DNA of 64,000 bases from positions 75,941 to 139,940 of the forward strand of contig JBEKJC010000008.1 of the NCBI GenBank assembly GCA_050011435.1, given 5' to 3'. Origin of the DNA: Candidatus Binataceae bacterium. Its GTDB lineage: Bacteria; Desulfobacterota; Binatia; Binatales; Binataceae. Every line of letters begins with the position of its first letter. The first letter of the stretch is position 1. The position numbers and the translations under genes are program-made. A model generated the notes under the pieces. The model worked only from the letters and a program-made list of their open reading frames with translations. It was not told the origin of the DNA and made no database searches. Positions 22,910 to 33,469 of this stretch are shown here, piece after piece.

Positions 22910-24109
22910 ATGCCAGCGTCACATTTCTTTGCCGAGCGTCCACAAGAGATCGGATTGAATCCGGACAAAGTCCAAGCCCTCTTCGATCGGGCGGAACGTG
23001 AGATCAAGGAAGGATTGTTGCCGGCGTGCCAACTGGCGATTGCGCGCGACGGCAAAATCGGCGCAATGCATACCTTCGGCAGCGCTGTGCAGGGTGCCAG
23101 GAAAGGGCCCGCTACCAATGAGACTTTTTTCGACATTATGTCCTGCACCAAGGCGATTACGTCGGCCGCCATCTGGATATTAATTCAAGATAAAAAGCTG
23201 CGGGCGCAGGATACTGTGGCGAAATACGTTCCTGAGTTCGGGACTAACGGCAAAGAAGCGGTGACTATCGAGCACCTGCTCACGCACACTTCCGCGATTC
23301 CAACGGCGCCGGGTGCTCAGAAAGAATGGGGCGATAAAAAGCGGCGTCTCGCACGGTTTTCGCAATGGCGATTGGAACATCCGCCAGGTGCCAAATTCAC
23401 CTATCATATTGCCGCGAATTTTTGGCCGGCTGCGGAAATCATCGAACGTATCAGCGGCCAGGACTATCGGGATTTTGTGCGCACGCAGATCGCTGAACCC
23501 CTCGGATTGCCGGACTTGAGGGTCGGGTTGCCACGCTCATTGCATAGCCGCATGGCCGACATACTCTGGGTCGGAGAGCCGGCGCGCGCCGAGGAGTACG
23601 AAAAGCTCGGAGTTACGCCGCCCCGTGTCGCCATGTCGTCGATCAACGAATCCATGATTCTCGAATTCAACGAGCCGGAAACGCGTGAAGCTGGTTCGCC
23701 CGCGGGCGGCGGCATTACCACCGCCGGCGATCTCGCGCTCTTCTACCAGGCGCTTCTGCACCAAGGCCGCTCGTACGATGGAAAGCAGATTTGGCAACCC
23801 GAAATGCTCAAGGATGCGTTTACCATCCGCAATCCCGGATTCAAGGATCCCCTGCGCGGATTCGCCGCTAACCGGTCGCTGGGTATTGTTATCGCCGGCG
23901 ATGACGGCAAGGCCAACCTGCGCGGATTCGGCAGAACGAATTCGCCCGCAACCTTCGGCCATCCCGGCTTCGGCGGTCAGCTTGCATGGGCGGATCCCGC
24001 GACCGGAATTTCGTTCGCGTATTTGACCAACGGTTTCGATCGTAACGACCTCCGTGAAGGCCGGCGCAGTGTCGCGCTCTGCAGTCTTGCGGGTTCATGC
24101 GCCGCATGA
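22910..24109 (+). CDS. Serine hydrolase (beta-lactamase class C-like esterase)
   Basis: SCTK (SxxK), HLLTHTS, FTYH, FGHPGFGG. Confidence 0.9.
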   Translation: MPASHFFAERPQEIGLNPDKVQALFDRAEREIKEGLLPACQLAIARDGKIGAMHTFGSAVQGARKGPATNETFFDIMSCTKAITSAAIWILIQDKKLRAQDTVAKYVPEFGTNGKEAVTIEHLLTHTSAIPTAPGAQKEWGDKKRRLARFSQWRLEHPPGAKFTYHIAANFWPAAEIIERISGQDYRDFVRTQIAEPLGLPDLRVGLPRSLHSRMADILWVGEPARAEEYEKLGVTPPRVAMSSINESMILEFNEPETREAGSPAGGGITTAGDLALFYQALLHQGRSYDGKQIWQPEMLKDAFTIRNPGFKDPLRGFAANRSLGIVIAGDDGKANLRGFGRTNSPATFGHPGFGGQLAWADPATGISFAYLTNGFDRNDLREGRRSVALCSLAGSCAA

Positions 24110-24211
24110 CGTCGTCTCCTGAGCGAAGCTCTGAGATTTCGCCCGTGTACGAATAACCGTGCTCGGCTTGCGTGCTCGACACCTCCCGCTGAGTTAGCGG
24201 CCGCGATAGGA

Positions 24212-25819
24212 ATGACCTGCATGTCGTCTGATCGACTAGCGGCTGCCTACGACACCATAATCGTCGGCGCCGGTTCGAGCGGCGCGGTCCTGGCGGCACG
24301 TCTCTCCGAGGACCGTTCGCATTCCGTCCTCCTGCTCGAGGCGGGCCCGGATTATCGCGCAGCGGATACGCCGCGGGAAATGCAAATCCCGAATCCCGGA
24401 CCGATCATCCTTGGAGCGCCGCGCTACCAATGGCCCCGTCTAAAGGCATATCGTACTGACTATCAACGGCCGATTGTCTATTGGCGCGGCTGCGGACTGG
24501 GCGGCAGCTCCGCCATCAACGGGCAGATCGCGATTCGTCCTCCGCTCGAGGATTTCGACATCTGGGCCGCCGGCGGATGCGCCGGATGGTCAGCGGCCGA
24601 GGTCCTTCCCGCGTTCATCAAACTCGAAGACGACGACGCCTTTGGCGACCGTCCCTACCATGGCCGCGGCGGACCGATCCCGATTTATCGCGCGCCTCGC
24701 GAGCAATGGGGCGCGGTCGATCGAGCTCTCGCCGAGGCCGCAGTTGCGTCCGGCTACGGCTGGTGCGACGATCACAACGCGCCGACCGGCACCGGCGCAT
24801 CGCCCTACGCAATCAACAGCCGCAAGCACGTTCGCGTCTCGACCAACGACGCTTATCTCGAACCCGCGCGCGACCGCCCCAATCTTTCGATCGTCGGCGA
24901 CGCGATGGTCGATCGCGTTGAATTCGACGGATCGCGTGCGGTTGCCGTGCGGGTCCGGATCGGCCGCGAATGGCGCCGTATTGATGGCGGCGAAATCATT
25001 CTCAGCGCAGGCGCGATTCATTCACCGGCCATCTTGATGCGATCGGGCATTGGGCCGGCCGACGAACTTCGCGCAATCGAAATCCCGGTTCGCGCCGACG
25101 CCCCGGTCGGGCGCAATCTGCTTGATCACCCGCAACTCTCTATTCAGCTCGATCTCAAAGCCGAGGCGCGCGCTGCAGCCCTCGATGCGCGTCACACCAA
25201 TTGCTGCGTGCGATACACCTCCGGCCTGGCAGGCGCCGGAGCCAACGACATGATCTTCATCGCTTTCAATCTGCTGGGCGCCCGGCCGAACGATCTTCGT
25301 TACGGCTATGTCTGGGCGTCGGTTTACCAGAGCTTTTCGCGCGGAGCCCTAACCATTAATTCTGCCGATCCTGACGCCGATCCGGAAATACGCTTCAAAA
25401 TGCTCTCCGATCCCCGGGATCTGCTGCGGATGCGAGATGCGGTGCGGCGGTTGCTTGATCTCACAAAGCATTCCGCGATTCGTGCAATCGCCAAATCTCT
25501 AAGCCTCGGCCGGACACCCGATCTTCCTGACTTCAATTCAGAGCATGGTCCAATCGCCGTACCGACGGACCAATGGATGCTGGAGCATTGCTTCGACGTT
25601 CAGCACGCCGCGGGCACCTGCCGCATGGGCGCGGTAACCGATCGCAACGCGGTCGTCGATCCGTTGTGCCACGTAATTGGTGTCCAGGGCCTTCGCGTGA
25701 TTGATGCCTCCATTGTGCCCGAAATGGTCCGCGCGAATACTCACTTGACGGCGGTGATGATCGGCGAGCATATGGCGGCGAGAATCCGTGTGGGTGGCGT
25801 GGGCTCAGCCACCGCCTAA
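24212..25819 (+). CDS. GMC oxidoreductase
   Basis: IIVGAGSSG, GLGGSSAING, SAGAIHSP, HAAGTCRMG, ANT. Confidence 0.93.
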   Translation: MTCMSSDRLAAAYDTIIVGAGSSGAVLAARLSEDRSHSVLLLEAGPDYRAADTPREMQIPNPGPIILGAPRYQWPRLKAYRTDYQRPIVYWRGCGLGGSSAINGQIAIRPPLEDFDIWAAGGCAGWSAAEVLPAFIKLEDDDAFGDRPYHGRGGPIPIYRAPREQWGAVDRALAEAAVASGYGWCDDHNAPTGTGASPYAINSRKHVRVSTNDAYLEPARDRPNLSIVGDAMVDRVEFDGSRAVAVRVRIGREWRRIDGGEIILSAGAIHSPAILMRSGIGPADELRAIEIPVRADAPVGRNLLDHPQLSIQLDLKAEARAAALDARHTNCCVRYTSGLAGAGANDMIFIAFNLLGARPNDLRYGYVWASVYQSFSRGALTINSADPDADPEIRFKMLSDPRDLLRMRDAVRRLLDLTKHSAIRAIAKSLSLGRTPDLPDFNSEHGPIAVPTDQWMLEHCFDVQHAAGTCRMGAVTDRNAVVDPLCHVIGVQGLRVIDASIVPEMVRANTHLTAVMIGEHMAARIRVGGVGSATA

Positions 25820-26781
25820 CGGAACGTGAGCTCGGCCCGTCGCACTCGTTCGATTGTGGATGCCGGAATTCGCGACACCAACCGCGGGTTAGGCACCACT
25901 GTTACCATCCCATCTTCCATTCCGAATTCGATCATTCCCGGATGAAATCGGTGCTCTTTAACTTCTGTGGCGATCTTTAGAAACGCCCGAGCAGTTGACG
26001 TTACCGCGCTTGCCAGCACGGCGTCCGGCGCAACGTCGTTTTGATTTCGGATCGCTCCGAAGGCAAAAATATGCGCCTGCGAAGCCGCCTGAAAGACCCC
26101 TAAGCCGGCGGCGTCCGCGTCGTGAATGAGAACGTCAGCCCCTTGATTTATCTGGGCCAGCGCAGCCTCCTTCGCAGCTCCCACATCGTCGAATTTGCCC
26201 GTGTAGCTGATCAGGATGCGTCCCTTTGGCTGCACCGAAAGAAAGCCGCGCTTGAAGCCGTCGAAGGTCAGCTTGATTGAAGGTAATTCAATTCCACCGA
26301 TTGCGCCCACTACGCCGGATTTGGAAACGCCGCCCGCGATTATACCTTCAATAAAAGCCGCATCGTCGACTTTGAAGCTGACCGACGCCACATTTTTCGA
26401 AGCTTCGCTTCCGGAACTTACAACGAAATAGGTATTTGGAAAGTCACGCGCAACGCTGATTGCCGAATCGGTATATTCGTATCCGTGAGCAAAAATCAGA
26501 TTGAAGCCTCGCGCGGCAAAATCCCGTAACCCATCTTCGAAATCGCTGGGCGATCGAGTCTGCACCATTGCGGTCTCAGCCCCGAGTTTGGCTTTGATCA
26601 GCTGTAAACCGTCGAACGCTGCCGCATTCCAGCCCGCATCGCTGACCGGCCCCGGTGTCAGTAATGCGACGCGAAAATGCGAGGAGTTGACGGTCTCTGC
26701 AAGATCGCCGGTGCACGCCGTGATCGCTCCCGTCACTATCAGCACGAGCGCTGCAAGCCACGTCCTGTATTTTCGGTTCAT
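25816..26781 (-). CDS. BMP-family substrate-binding lipoprotein
   Basis: ITAC lipobox, GPVSDAGWN, GADVLIH. Confidence 0.9.
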   Translation of the reverse strand: MNRKYRTWLAALVLIVTGAITACTGDLAETVNSSHFRVALLTPGPVSDAGWNAAAFDGLQLIKAKLGAETAMVQTRSPSDFEDGLRDFAARGFNLIFAHGYEYTDSAISVARDFPNTYFVVSSGSEASKNVASVSFKVDDAAFIEGIIAGGVSKSGVVGAIGGIELPSIKLTFDGFKRGFLSVQPKGRILISYTGKFDDVGAAKEAALAQINQGADVLIHDADAAGLGVFQAASQAHIFAFGAIRNQNDVAPDAVLASAVTSTARAFLKIATEVKEHRFHPGMIEFGMEDGMVTVVPNPRLVSRIPASTIERVRRAELTFR

Positions 26782-26848
26782 ATCGGTAATGGCTGAAACC
26801 TTCAGCCGCCCACCGGCTCATCACTACACTGGAAGCGACCTTCGGTAT

Positions 26849-27613
26849 CTAAGCGTCTTTCTGCGCTGAAATGATCATCCGCCGAGTGTCGATTGCGTAT
26901 GGTTCGCTATCGAAGCCGCCGAATGCTCCCGTCACTCTGAGGCCCGCAAGCGACAACATCCGCGTGATCTCGGTGAGCGTGTACAGCCGGATGTCATGAC
27001 CGATCGAGTCGCGCCGGCCGCCTTCCGCACCAACAATAATGAAGCGGACGCGCATGCGGCTCGTCGCGAGATCGAGCTCCCGGCGTTCGACGTACAACGT
27101 GCCGTCAGGACCGCTGTGCCAGTCGTTTTGTACGTAGTTCGCGACTGCCCATTCACGATTCAGCATGTCTAGCAAAAGACGGCCACCAGGCTTTAGTGCC
27201 TTGGCCACCGATTCCAGGACCCGAGCGTCGTCAGCCTCGGACTCCAGATACCCGAAAGAGGAGTACATATTCACGATGGCGTCGAAATAGTCCTGAAAGG
27301 GAATACTGCGCATATCGGCCGAGACGGTGTCGAGTTCTACCTGGTGACTTTGGGCGGCCCGTTGTGCGAGATCGAGGTATGCTGGACTGAGATCGAGAGC
27401 AGTTACGCGATAGCCATGTTGAGCGAGCGGCACACTGTGCCGGCCCTGGCCACAGCATAAATCGAGTACGCGAGCGCCCGGCTCGAGTTCCAGTACTCGT
27501 TCCGCAAAGCTGACCTCCTGTGCAGATCGCTCGGCCGTGAAGATGTGTTGATAGATGTTTAGGTAGTCGTGGCCGAAAAAATCCACGTACCACGCCCGGT
27601 CCTGGGTTGCCAT
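26849..27613 (-). CDS. Class I SAM-dependent methyltransferase
   Basis: VLDLCCGQGRH, SSFGY, LKPGG. Confidence 0.92.
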   Translation of the reverse strand: MATQDRAWYVDFFGHDYLNIYQHIFTAERSAQEVSFAERVLELEPGARVLDLCCGQGRHSVPLAQHGYRVTALDLSPAYLDLAQRAAQSHQVELDTVSADMRSIPFQDYFDAIVNMYSSFGYLESEADDARVLESVAKALKPGGRLLLDMLNREWAVANYVQNDWHSGPDGTLYVERRELDLATSRMRVRFIIVGAEGGRRDSIGHDIRLYTLTEITRMLSLAGLRVTGAFGGFDSEPYAIDTRRMIISAQKDA

Positions 27614-27903
27614 CGCGGTCCTTTGAATGCTGCCCGCAAGAAAGTTAAAGCAAAAAAGTTAAAGGTTGTCCCGCTCCTGAGGTTCGGCAGGATCGCATAT
27701 TCCGCCTTGAAGATCGAACTAATCGTAGCATGGGATACCTCAAAGGTGTACGATTTCCGCAGTGCCCCTCGAGCGCCGGTGCGATCCTCAACCTCCGCGT
27801 TCAAAACGCCGACGGGCGGCTCGACCCATTTCTGATCTTCGACTCGGCGCTTGTTCTTCGAACTTGGCGTTTTTAGATTAACTCGATAACTGGGAGACAT
27901 AGT

Positions 27904-28614
27904 TTGGACAGAATCGCGGTCTTGACGAGCGGCGGCCTGGACAGTTCCGTTTTGCTGGCAGAGGAAGCGAAGGCCGCAGAAGTGTATCCCATCTATGTAC
28001 GCTGCGGGCTCGCGTGGGAAGACGCAGAGCGCAAGGCACTCGACTCATTCCTTAGCGCCCTGAACGACCCCAATGTAAGGCCCGTGACGACGCTCTCGGC
28101 TCCGGTTCGACCGATGTACGGCGACCATTGGAGCGTTGGCGCGGACGGCGTGCCCGGCGCCGACGAGCCGGATACTTCAGTGTTTTTGCCGGGCCGCAAT
28201 ATCCTGCTGATCGGGCTGGCCTCGGTCTGGTGCAGTACGCATAACGTTTCTCGCATCGGTATTGGATCCCTCGGCGGCAATCCTTTTCCTGACGCCACGC
28301 CCGATTTCTTTCAGAAGTTCGCATCCGCTCTCACCAGCGGACTCGATCATGTCATCGAGGTTAAGGCGGCGTTTCGGGAATTGCACAAATCGGATGTAAT
28401 TAAACGCTTTCATAATTTGCCGCTGGAGTTGACCTTGACCTGCATGGCTCCACTGGATGGAATTCACTGCGGGCAGTGCAACAAATGTCGCGAGCGCCAG
28501 GTGGCGTTTGATCGTTCCGGAGTCCCGGATGCGACGATCTATGCCGGCGCAGCAGCGAGCCTCGGGCTTCAGCATGTTTCGCCGGAGCCATTCCTGAAAA
28601 AGTGGAATAGCTAA
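27904..28614 (+). CDS. queC: 7-cyano-7-deazaguanine synthase
   Basis: SGGLDS PP-loop, PGRN, FPDA, TC...HCGQCNKCRER zinc site. TTG start with RBS GGAG. Confidence 0.88.
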   Translation: MDRIAVLTSGGLDSSVLLAEEAKAAEVYPIYVRCGLAWEDAERKALDSFLSALNDPNVRPVTTLSAPVRPMYGDHWSVGADGVPGADEPDTSVFLPGRNILLIGLASVWCSTHNVSRIGIGSLGGNPFPDATPDFFQKFASALTSGLDHVIEVKAAFRELHKSDVIKRFHNLPLELTLTCMAPLDGIHCGQCNKCRERQVAFDRSGVPDATIYAGAAASLGLQHVSPEPFLKKWNS

Positions 28615-28640
28615 TCGGTATTCTGCTGGAGGCATCCGCA

Positions 28641-29459
28641 ATGGAACTTCGCGAACTTGGCAAAACCGGCACGATGGTCCCCGAGATCGGCGTAGGTGTC
28701 TGGCGCTACGGCGGCGGGGTCGAACCTCTGCACCTTGCGATTAAGTCGGGCGCGTCGTTCATCGATACTGCGGAGGCGTACGGAACGGAAAACGTCGTCG
28801 GCCAGGCGGTCAAGAGTATCCGCGATCAGGTCTTCATAGCGACCAAGGTGTCGGGTAGCCATCTTCATCACGACGAGGTACTGAAGGCCGCCGACGCCAG
28901 TCTGCGCCGACTCGGTACAGACTATATCGATCTCTATCAGATTCACTGGCCGAATTCGCTCGTGCCGATCAAGGAGACCGTGGGTGCGATGGAGGAACTT
29001 GTCGATCGCGGCTTGGTGAAATACATCGGAGTCAGTAATTTCTCTACCGCCGAACTGCGGGAGGCGCAGGCGGCTATGAGCAAATACCCGATCGTCTCCA
29101 ACCAGGTTTTGTACAATTTGAATCGCCGGCAGATTGAAGCCGAGTTGATGCCGTATTGTCAGGCGAACCGGATAACGATCATCGCCTACACGCCGCTGGA
29201 TAGCGGCCATCTAACTAAGGGCTCGGCACTTTCATCGCACCCGGAGCGCATCGAGGTAATGGAATTGGTTGCGGCGCAAACGCAAAAAACCCTCGCGCAA
29301 GTTGCCTTGAACTGGTGCATTTCGCAGCCCGGTGTAATTGCGATACCCAAGTCCGATCGTACGGCGAGGGTCGCCGAGAATTGTCAGGCATCCGGATGGC
29401 GCCTCTCTCCCGCGCAGATGCAACTTCTGGATAATGCATTTCCGGCCGCTCGGTCGTAA
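28641..29459 (+). CDS. Aldo/keto reductase
   Basis: IDTAEAYG, IATKV, DLYQIHWP, IGVSNF, IPKS. Confidence 0.95.
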   Translation: MELRELGKTGTMVPEIGVGVWRYGGGVEPLHLAIKSGASFIDTAEAYGTENVVGQAVKSIRDQVFIATKVSGSHLHHDEVLKAADASLRRLGTDYIDLYQIHWPNSLVPIKETVGAMEELVDRGLVKYIGVSNFSTAELREAQAAMSKYPIVSNQVLYNLNRRQIEAELMPYCQANRITIIAYTPLDSGHLTKGSALSSHPERIEVMELVAAQTQKTLAQVALNWCISQPGVIAIPKSDRTARVAENCQASGWRLSPAQMQLLDNAFPAARS

Positions 29460-29545
29460 TCCGGGCCTTCGCAAATAGCTAGTCCTTTTTGGAAAGAACT
29501 ACGCGAAATCATTGTTAATAACGGAAGTGACGTGGCTGCGCGGAC

Positions 29546-30721
29546 TCACACGGCCTGCCCCGCGCACCATCCGCTCGACCAGGCCCACTGAAAATTATAT
29601 CCGCCCAGCCATCCGGTCACATCGACCGCTTCGCCGATCATATAGAGACCCGGCACGGCGCGAGTCTCCATCGTCTTGCTGGAGAGTTCCGCCGTATCGA
29701 TTCCGCCCACGGTCACCTCGGCCTTCGCCCATCCTTCCGATCCCGACGGTCGCACCTGCCAATGCTTCAGTCGTGCGGCCATCGCCGTAAGCGTGCTGTC
29801 GGGCAGGTTCGCGATCGTAACTCTTTGCGGAACTGTCTCGGCCATCGCATGAGCCAGGCGCGTCGGCAGTATCTCTGCGAGCACGGTCTTAAGTTCCGCC
29901 TTCGGACGGGTGCGCTTGCGTTCCCTGAGAAAATTCTCCGCGTCTAACGTCGGCCCCAAGTCGATCGTGAGCGCGTCGCCCGCCCGCCAGTACGACGAAA
30001 TCTGGAGGATCGCCGGACCCGACAGCCCGCGATGGGTAAATAGTATGTTTTCGCGAAAGCTTTTCCGGCCGAGAGTGACTATGGCGTCGGCGGAGACCCC
30101 AGCTAATTCTTGACATAGCGCTAGGGTTTCTCCGGTGAACTTTAACGGCACCAGCCCCGGTTGCGGCTCGATAACCGCGAGACCGAAGAGGCGTGCCACC
30201 GCGTAAGCGAATCCGCTCGCCTTAAGCTTTGGAAGCGACAGGCCACCCGTCGCCAGCACCACCGCCGTCGCAGCAAAGCTGCCTCTGCCGGTCTCAACCC
30301 GGAAACGGTCGCTGCGGCTGACTTCGACGATATTGTGGCCGAGACGCAGGTCGACCCGGGCCGCCGCGCATTCCGCCAACAGCATCGCCAGGATCTCGCG
30401 CGCGGATCCGTCGCAGAATAATTGCCCCAGCGTTTTCTCGTGATACGCGATCCCATGCCGCTCCACCAGGCCAATAAAATCCCGCTGGGTATAGCGGCTG
30501 AGAGCGGACTTGCAGAAATGCGGATTGCCCGATAGAAAGCGCTCCGGCACCACGTTGAGATTCGTAAAGTTGCAGCGTCCACCGCCCGAAATCAAAATCT
30601 TCGCGCCCGGCCGCTCAGCGTGATCGAGCAACAATACGCGCCGCCCGCGGTTTCCGGCGGTAATCGCGCACATCAACCCGGCCGCTCCGGCTCCCAGGAT
30701 CACGACGTCGAACGCTTCCAT
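29546..30721 (-). CDS. HI0933/BaiN-family FAD-dependent oxidoreductase
   Basis: GAGAAG, SGGGRCNFTN, LFTHRGLSGP, GGYNFQWA. Confidence 0.93.
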   Translation of the reverse strand: MEAFDVVILGAGAAGLMCAITAGNRGRRVLLLDHAERPGAKILISGGGRCNFTNLNVVPERFLSGNPHFCKSALSRYTQRDFIGLVERHGIAYHEKTLGQLFCDGSAREILAMLLAECAAARVDLRLGHNIVEVSRSDRFRVETGRGSFAATAVVLATGGLSLPKLKASGFAYAVARLFGLAVIEPQPGLVPLKFTGETLALCQELAGVSADAIVTLGRKSFRENILFTHRGLSGPAILQISSYWRAGDALTIDLGPTLDAENFLRERKRTRPKAELKTVLAEILPTRLAHAMAETVPQRVTIANLPDSTLTAMAARLKHWQVRPSGSEGWAKAEVTVGGIDTAELSSKTMETRAVPGLYMIGEAVDVTGWLGGYNFQWAWSSGWCAGQAV

Positions 30722-30927
30722 GCCCGAGCACATTAGGCGCTGCCGCAGCCGGTGGTGCAAGTCGCTGCCCGCACCAATGAAACTCGTGTGAGGGGGGCCA
30801 TCCGCCGATGCGGCGCTCGCCGATTCGTGGTAATTCAGGATCGCGGCATGCCACCGCGGACTTAGGCGACGCGGTCGTGCTAAGGCTTTCAGAGCCGTTC
30901 CGTGATCATGTAGCCAGAGGTGAGCCG

Positions 30928-32526
30928 ATGAATTCGGAAGCCAATTCGCAAACCATCGCGGCTGAGAAAAAGGCCAGTGCTGCCGTGCGCATCCTCCCGT
31001 CGGCCGTGTGGGATAAGGTGCTCGCGCAAACCCGCGCCCTGGTGCCCGAAGCCTTCAACTCCGAACGGCGCATCCTCAACCTGATCGGCCGGATCTGGCA
31101 GGAGCCCGGCTACGATCGTCCCTACAAGACCCCCAACGACGGCACCATGCTCGGCGCGCTGCCATTTATTTCCTACGAAGTCGCTCGCAACGCCGTCCAG
31201 TTCGCTGCCACCGAGCAAGCCGAGTGGGCGCGCGTCGATCTCGACCAACGGCGCCGCTGCGTCCAGCAGTGCCTCGACGATATGAAGCTGAATCGCGATA
31301 TTCTGATCTCGCTGCTGATGTGGGAAATCGGCAAGCCCTTTAAAATCGCCGAAGCGGACGTCGATCGCTGTATCTCCGGCGTCGAATGGTACATCGCGAA
31401 AATTGAAACGATGCTCGGCAACCGCCAGCCGCTCGGCATGGTGTCGAATATCGCCTCCTGGAACTATCCACTATCGGCATTGTTTCATGCCGTCCTGGTC
31501 CAGGTGCTCGCCGGCAACAGTGCGATTATCAAAACCCCGACGGACGGCGGCCTCTACGCACTCACCGTTGCGGCGGCCTTTGCGCGCCGCGCGGGACTGC
31601 CGGTGTCGCTCATCAGCGGACCTGGGGGAGACTTGAGCCGCGCGCTGGTTTCCGATCCCGCGGTCTCGTGTTTATCTTTCATCGGCGGCAAGGAGACCGG
31701 CAACGCCATCGCCGAACGGATGGAGATGCGCGGCGTGCCTTACATGCTCGAAATGGAGGGCATCAACGCCTACGGCGTCTGGGAATTTTCCAACTGGACT
31801 GAGCTTGAGAAACAGATCAAGAAGGGCTTCGAATACGGCAAGCAGCGCTGTACCGCTTACGTTCGGTTCGTCGTTCAGCGCAAACTGTTCCCGCGTTTTC
31901 TCGATACCTACTTGAAGGTCGTAAAGTCGCTGCGCTTCGGCCATCCGGTCGCGGTCTCCGGCGACGCGCAAGGGCCGCCGGCGTTGGACTTCGGGCCGCT
32001 CATCAGTCCGGGCAAAGCGGCCGAGCTGCGCGCCGACGTCAACGAGGCGATGCAGCGCGGCGCTACCTGTCTGTTTGAAGGTCAGTTCGACGACAACCAT
32101 TTCTTGCCCGGTCAGGATCGTTCAGCCTACTTTGCGCCGGTCGCGCTGCTCGACATTCCCAAACACTGCACGCTCTACCATCTTGAGCCGTTCGGGCCGG
32201 TCGATACGTTTTTGGTCGTCGATCGCATCGACGAGTTGATTCATGAAATGAACGTCTCCAATGGTTCGCTCGTTTCGTCGATCGCCTGCGACGACACTTC
32301 GCTGGTCACGAAAATCGCCGCCCAGTTGCGCTCCTACAAGGTCGGCATCAATACGGTACGCTCCCGCGGAGATCGCGACGAAACCTTCGGCGGGCTCGGA
32401 CAATCATGGAAAGGATGTTTCGTCGGTGGCCGCCTGCTGGTGGAAGCAGTGACCCGCGGAGCGGGACCGGAGGAACAGCCGTTCGGCAACTTCAGCGAAT
32501 ACACGCGCCTGCCCGATCAACGCTGA
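30928..32526 (+). CDS. Aldehyde dehydrogenase family protein
   Basis: SWNYP, LEMEG, GKQRCTA (catalytic Cys), EPFGP. Confidence 0.88.
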   Translation: MNSEANSQTIAAEKKASAAVRILPSAVWDKVLAQTRALVPEAFNSERRILNLIGRIWQEPGYDRPYKTPNDGTMLGALPFISYEVARNAVQFAATEQAEWARVDLDQRRRCVQQCLDDMKLNRDILISLLMWEIGKPFKIAEADVDRCISGVEWYIAKIETMLGNRQPLGMVSNIASWNYPLSALFHAVLVQVLAGNSAIIKTPTDGGLYALTVAAAFARRAGLPVSLISGPGGDLSRALVSDPAVSCLSFIGGKETGNAIAERMEMRGVPYMLEMEGINAYGVWEFSNWTELEKQIKKGFEYGKQRCTAYVRFVVQRKLFPRFLDTYLKVVKSLRFGHPVAVSGDAQGPPALDFGPLISPGKAAELRADVNEAMQRGATCLFEGQFDDNHFLPGQDRSAYFAPVALLDIPKHCTLYHLEPFGPVDTFLVVDRIDELIHEMNVSNGSLVSSIACDDTSLVTKIAAQLRSYKVGINTVRSRGDRDETFGGLGQSWKGCFVGGRLLVEAVTRGAGPEEQPFGNFSEYTRLPDQR

Positions 32527-32552
32527 TCGCGCGGTGCGGCGAGCGATTTAAG

Positions 32553-32813
32553 ATGACTATGTTTGAAGATCAGACTATCGATATTCTCTGTCCCAGGTGC
32601 AGCCGCGTGAATTCGGTAGCGGTCCGCAATTTCGAGGAACACACCGAGAGCCACGTGGTCTGCGTGGGCTGCAAGGCCGGCATCAAGATCGAGGCGCATG
32701 AGTTTCGCCAACGCCTGGAAGAAGTGCGCAAGGAACTCGAGGAATTCGAACAGGAAGCGACGCGCGAATCGCGGCCAGGCAAACGGCCGCGAAAAGGCGA
32801 CTTTCAGATTTGA
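32553..32813 (+). CDS. Small zinc-ribbon/coiled-coil protein
   Basis: CPRC...CVGC followed by an acidic helix. Confidence 0.7.
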   Translation: MTMFEDQTIDILCPRCSRVNSVAVRNFEEHTESHVVCVGCKAGIKIEAHEFRQRLEEVRKELEEFEQEATRESRPGKRPRKGDFQI

Positions 32814-32920
32814 ACCTGGAACCGGAGCATGGCTCCGGAACCACGCTCCAGTCTCCGTACGCTATTGCCTGCACCTCTGACGCGCTGCCCTCGCTCTCAC
32901 GCAAGCTCGCCCGGCGCAAA

Positions 32921-33364
32921 TCAGGCACTCGAGATCGCGTCCAGTCCGGCCTGCGCGCACGCGATATCCTGCTCGACGGACGCGCCACTGACGCCAATAC
33001 CGCCGACCACTGCGCCGTCGATTTTTATCGGAAGACCGCCGCCGAAAACGGCGATGCGCGAAATGTGCGGAACGCCGGCGAGCAGCGCCGGGTCGTCCTT
33101 GATCCGATTGAAAAAATCCTGCGAAGGTGCGCCCAGCAGCGCCGTATATGCCTTATTCTGAGCCACTTCGATACTGATCAGTGGCGCGCCGTCCATTCGG
33201 CAAAACCCTTTCAGCAGTCCGCTCTCATCCAGGATCGCGACGACTTGCGGTACACCCAGCGAGTTAGCCTTGGCGACTGCGGCTTCGATCATCTTCGCCG
33301 CCAGCACGGCCGTGACAGTGCGTTTCGTAAAGGTCTTTTCCATGGTCTGCTCCTTCTGAGTCAT
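32921..33364 (-). CDS. GlcG/HbpS heme-binding protein
   Basis: RMDGA, AQNKAYTA, GGLP, GGIGVSG. Confidence 0.9.
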   Translation of the reverse strand: MTQKEQTMEKTFTKRTVTAVLAAKMIEAAVAKANSLGVPQVVAILDESGLLKGFCRMDGAPLISIEVAQNKAYTALLGAPSQDFFNRIKDDPALLAGVPHISRIAVFGGGLPIKIDGAVVGGIGVSGASVEQDIACAQAGLDAISSA

Positions 33365-33469
33365 CTCGAGGCGAGCTAGCGAGCCGCGTTAACGAGTTCG
33401 CGAGGTGTGTTTAGTTTCCTGGTTGGCCTACTGGCACGGCGAGCGCGTGAACCCACTGGCCGTTAGTCA

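Noticed and set aside
27645-27731. 28-aa minus-strand peptide (MLRLVRSSRRNMRSCRTSGAGQPLTFLL) upstream of the methyltransferase as a RiPP precursor
   Set aside because: It has a GAGGT RBS, but is full of rare codons (CTA, TTA, CGA) and there is no RiPP maturase nearby.
27904-28614. QueC as part of a Qat or Dpd defence/DNA-modification system
   Set aside because: Ordinary QueC length and motifs, with no qatABD, dpdA or TatD-like neighbours.
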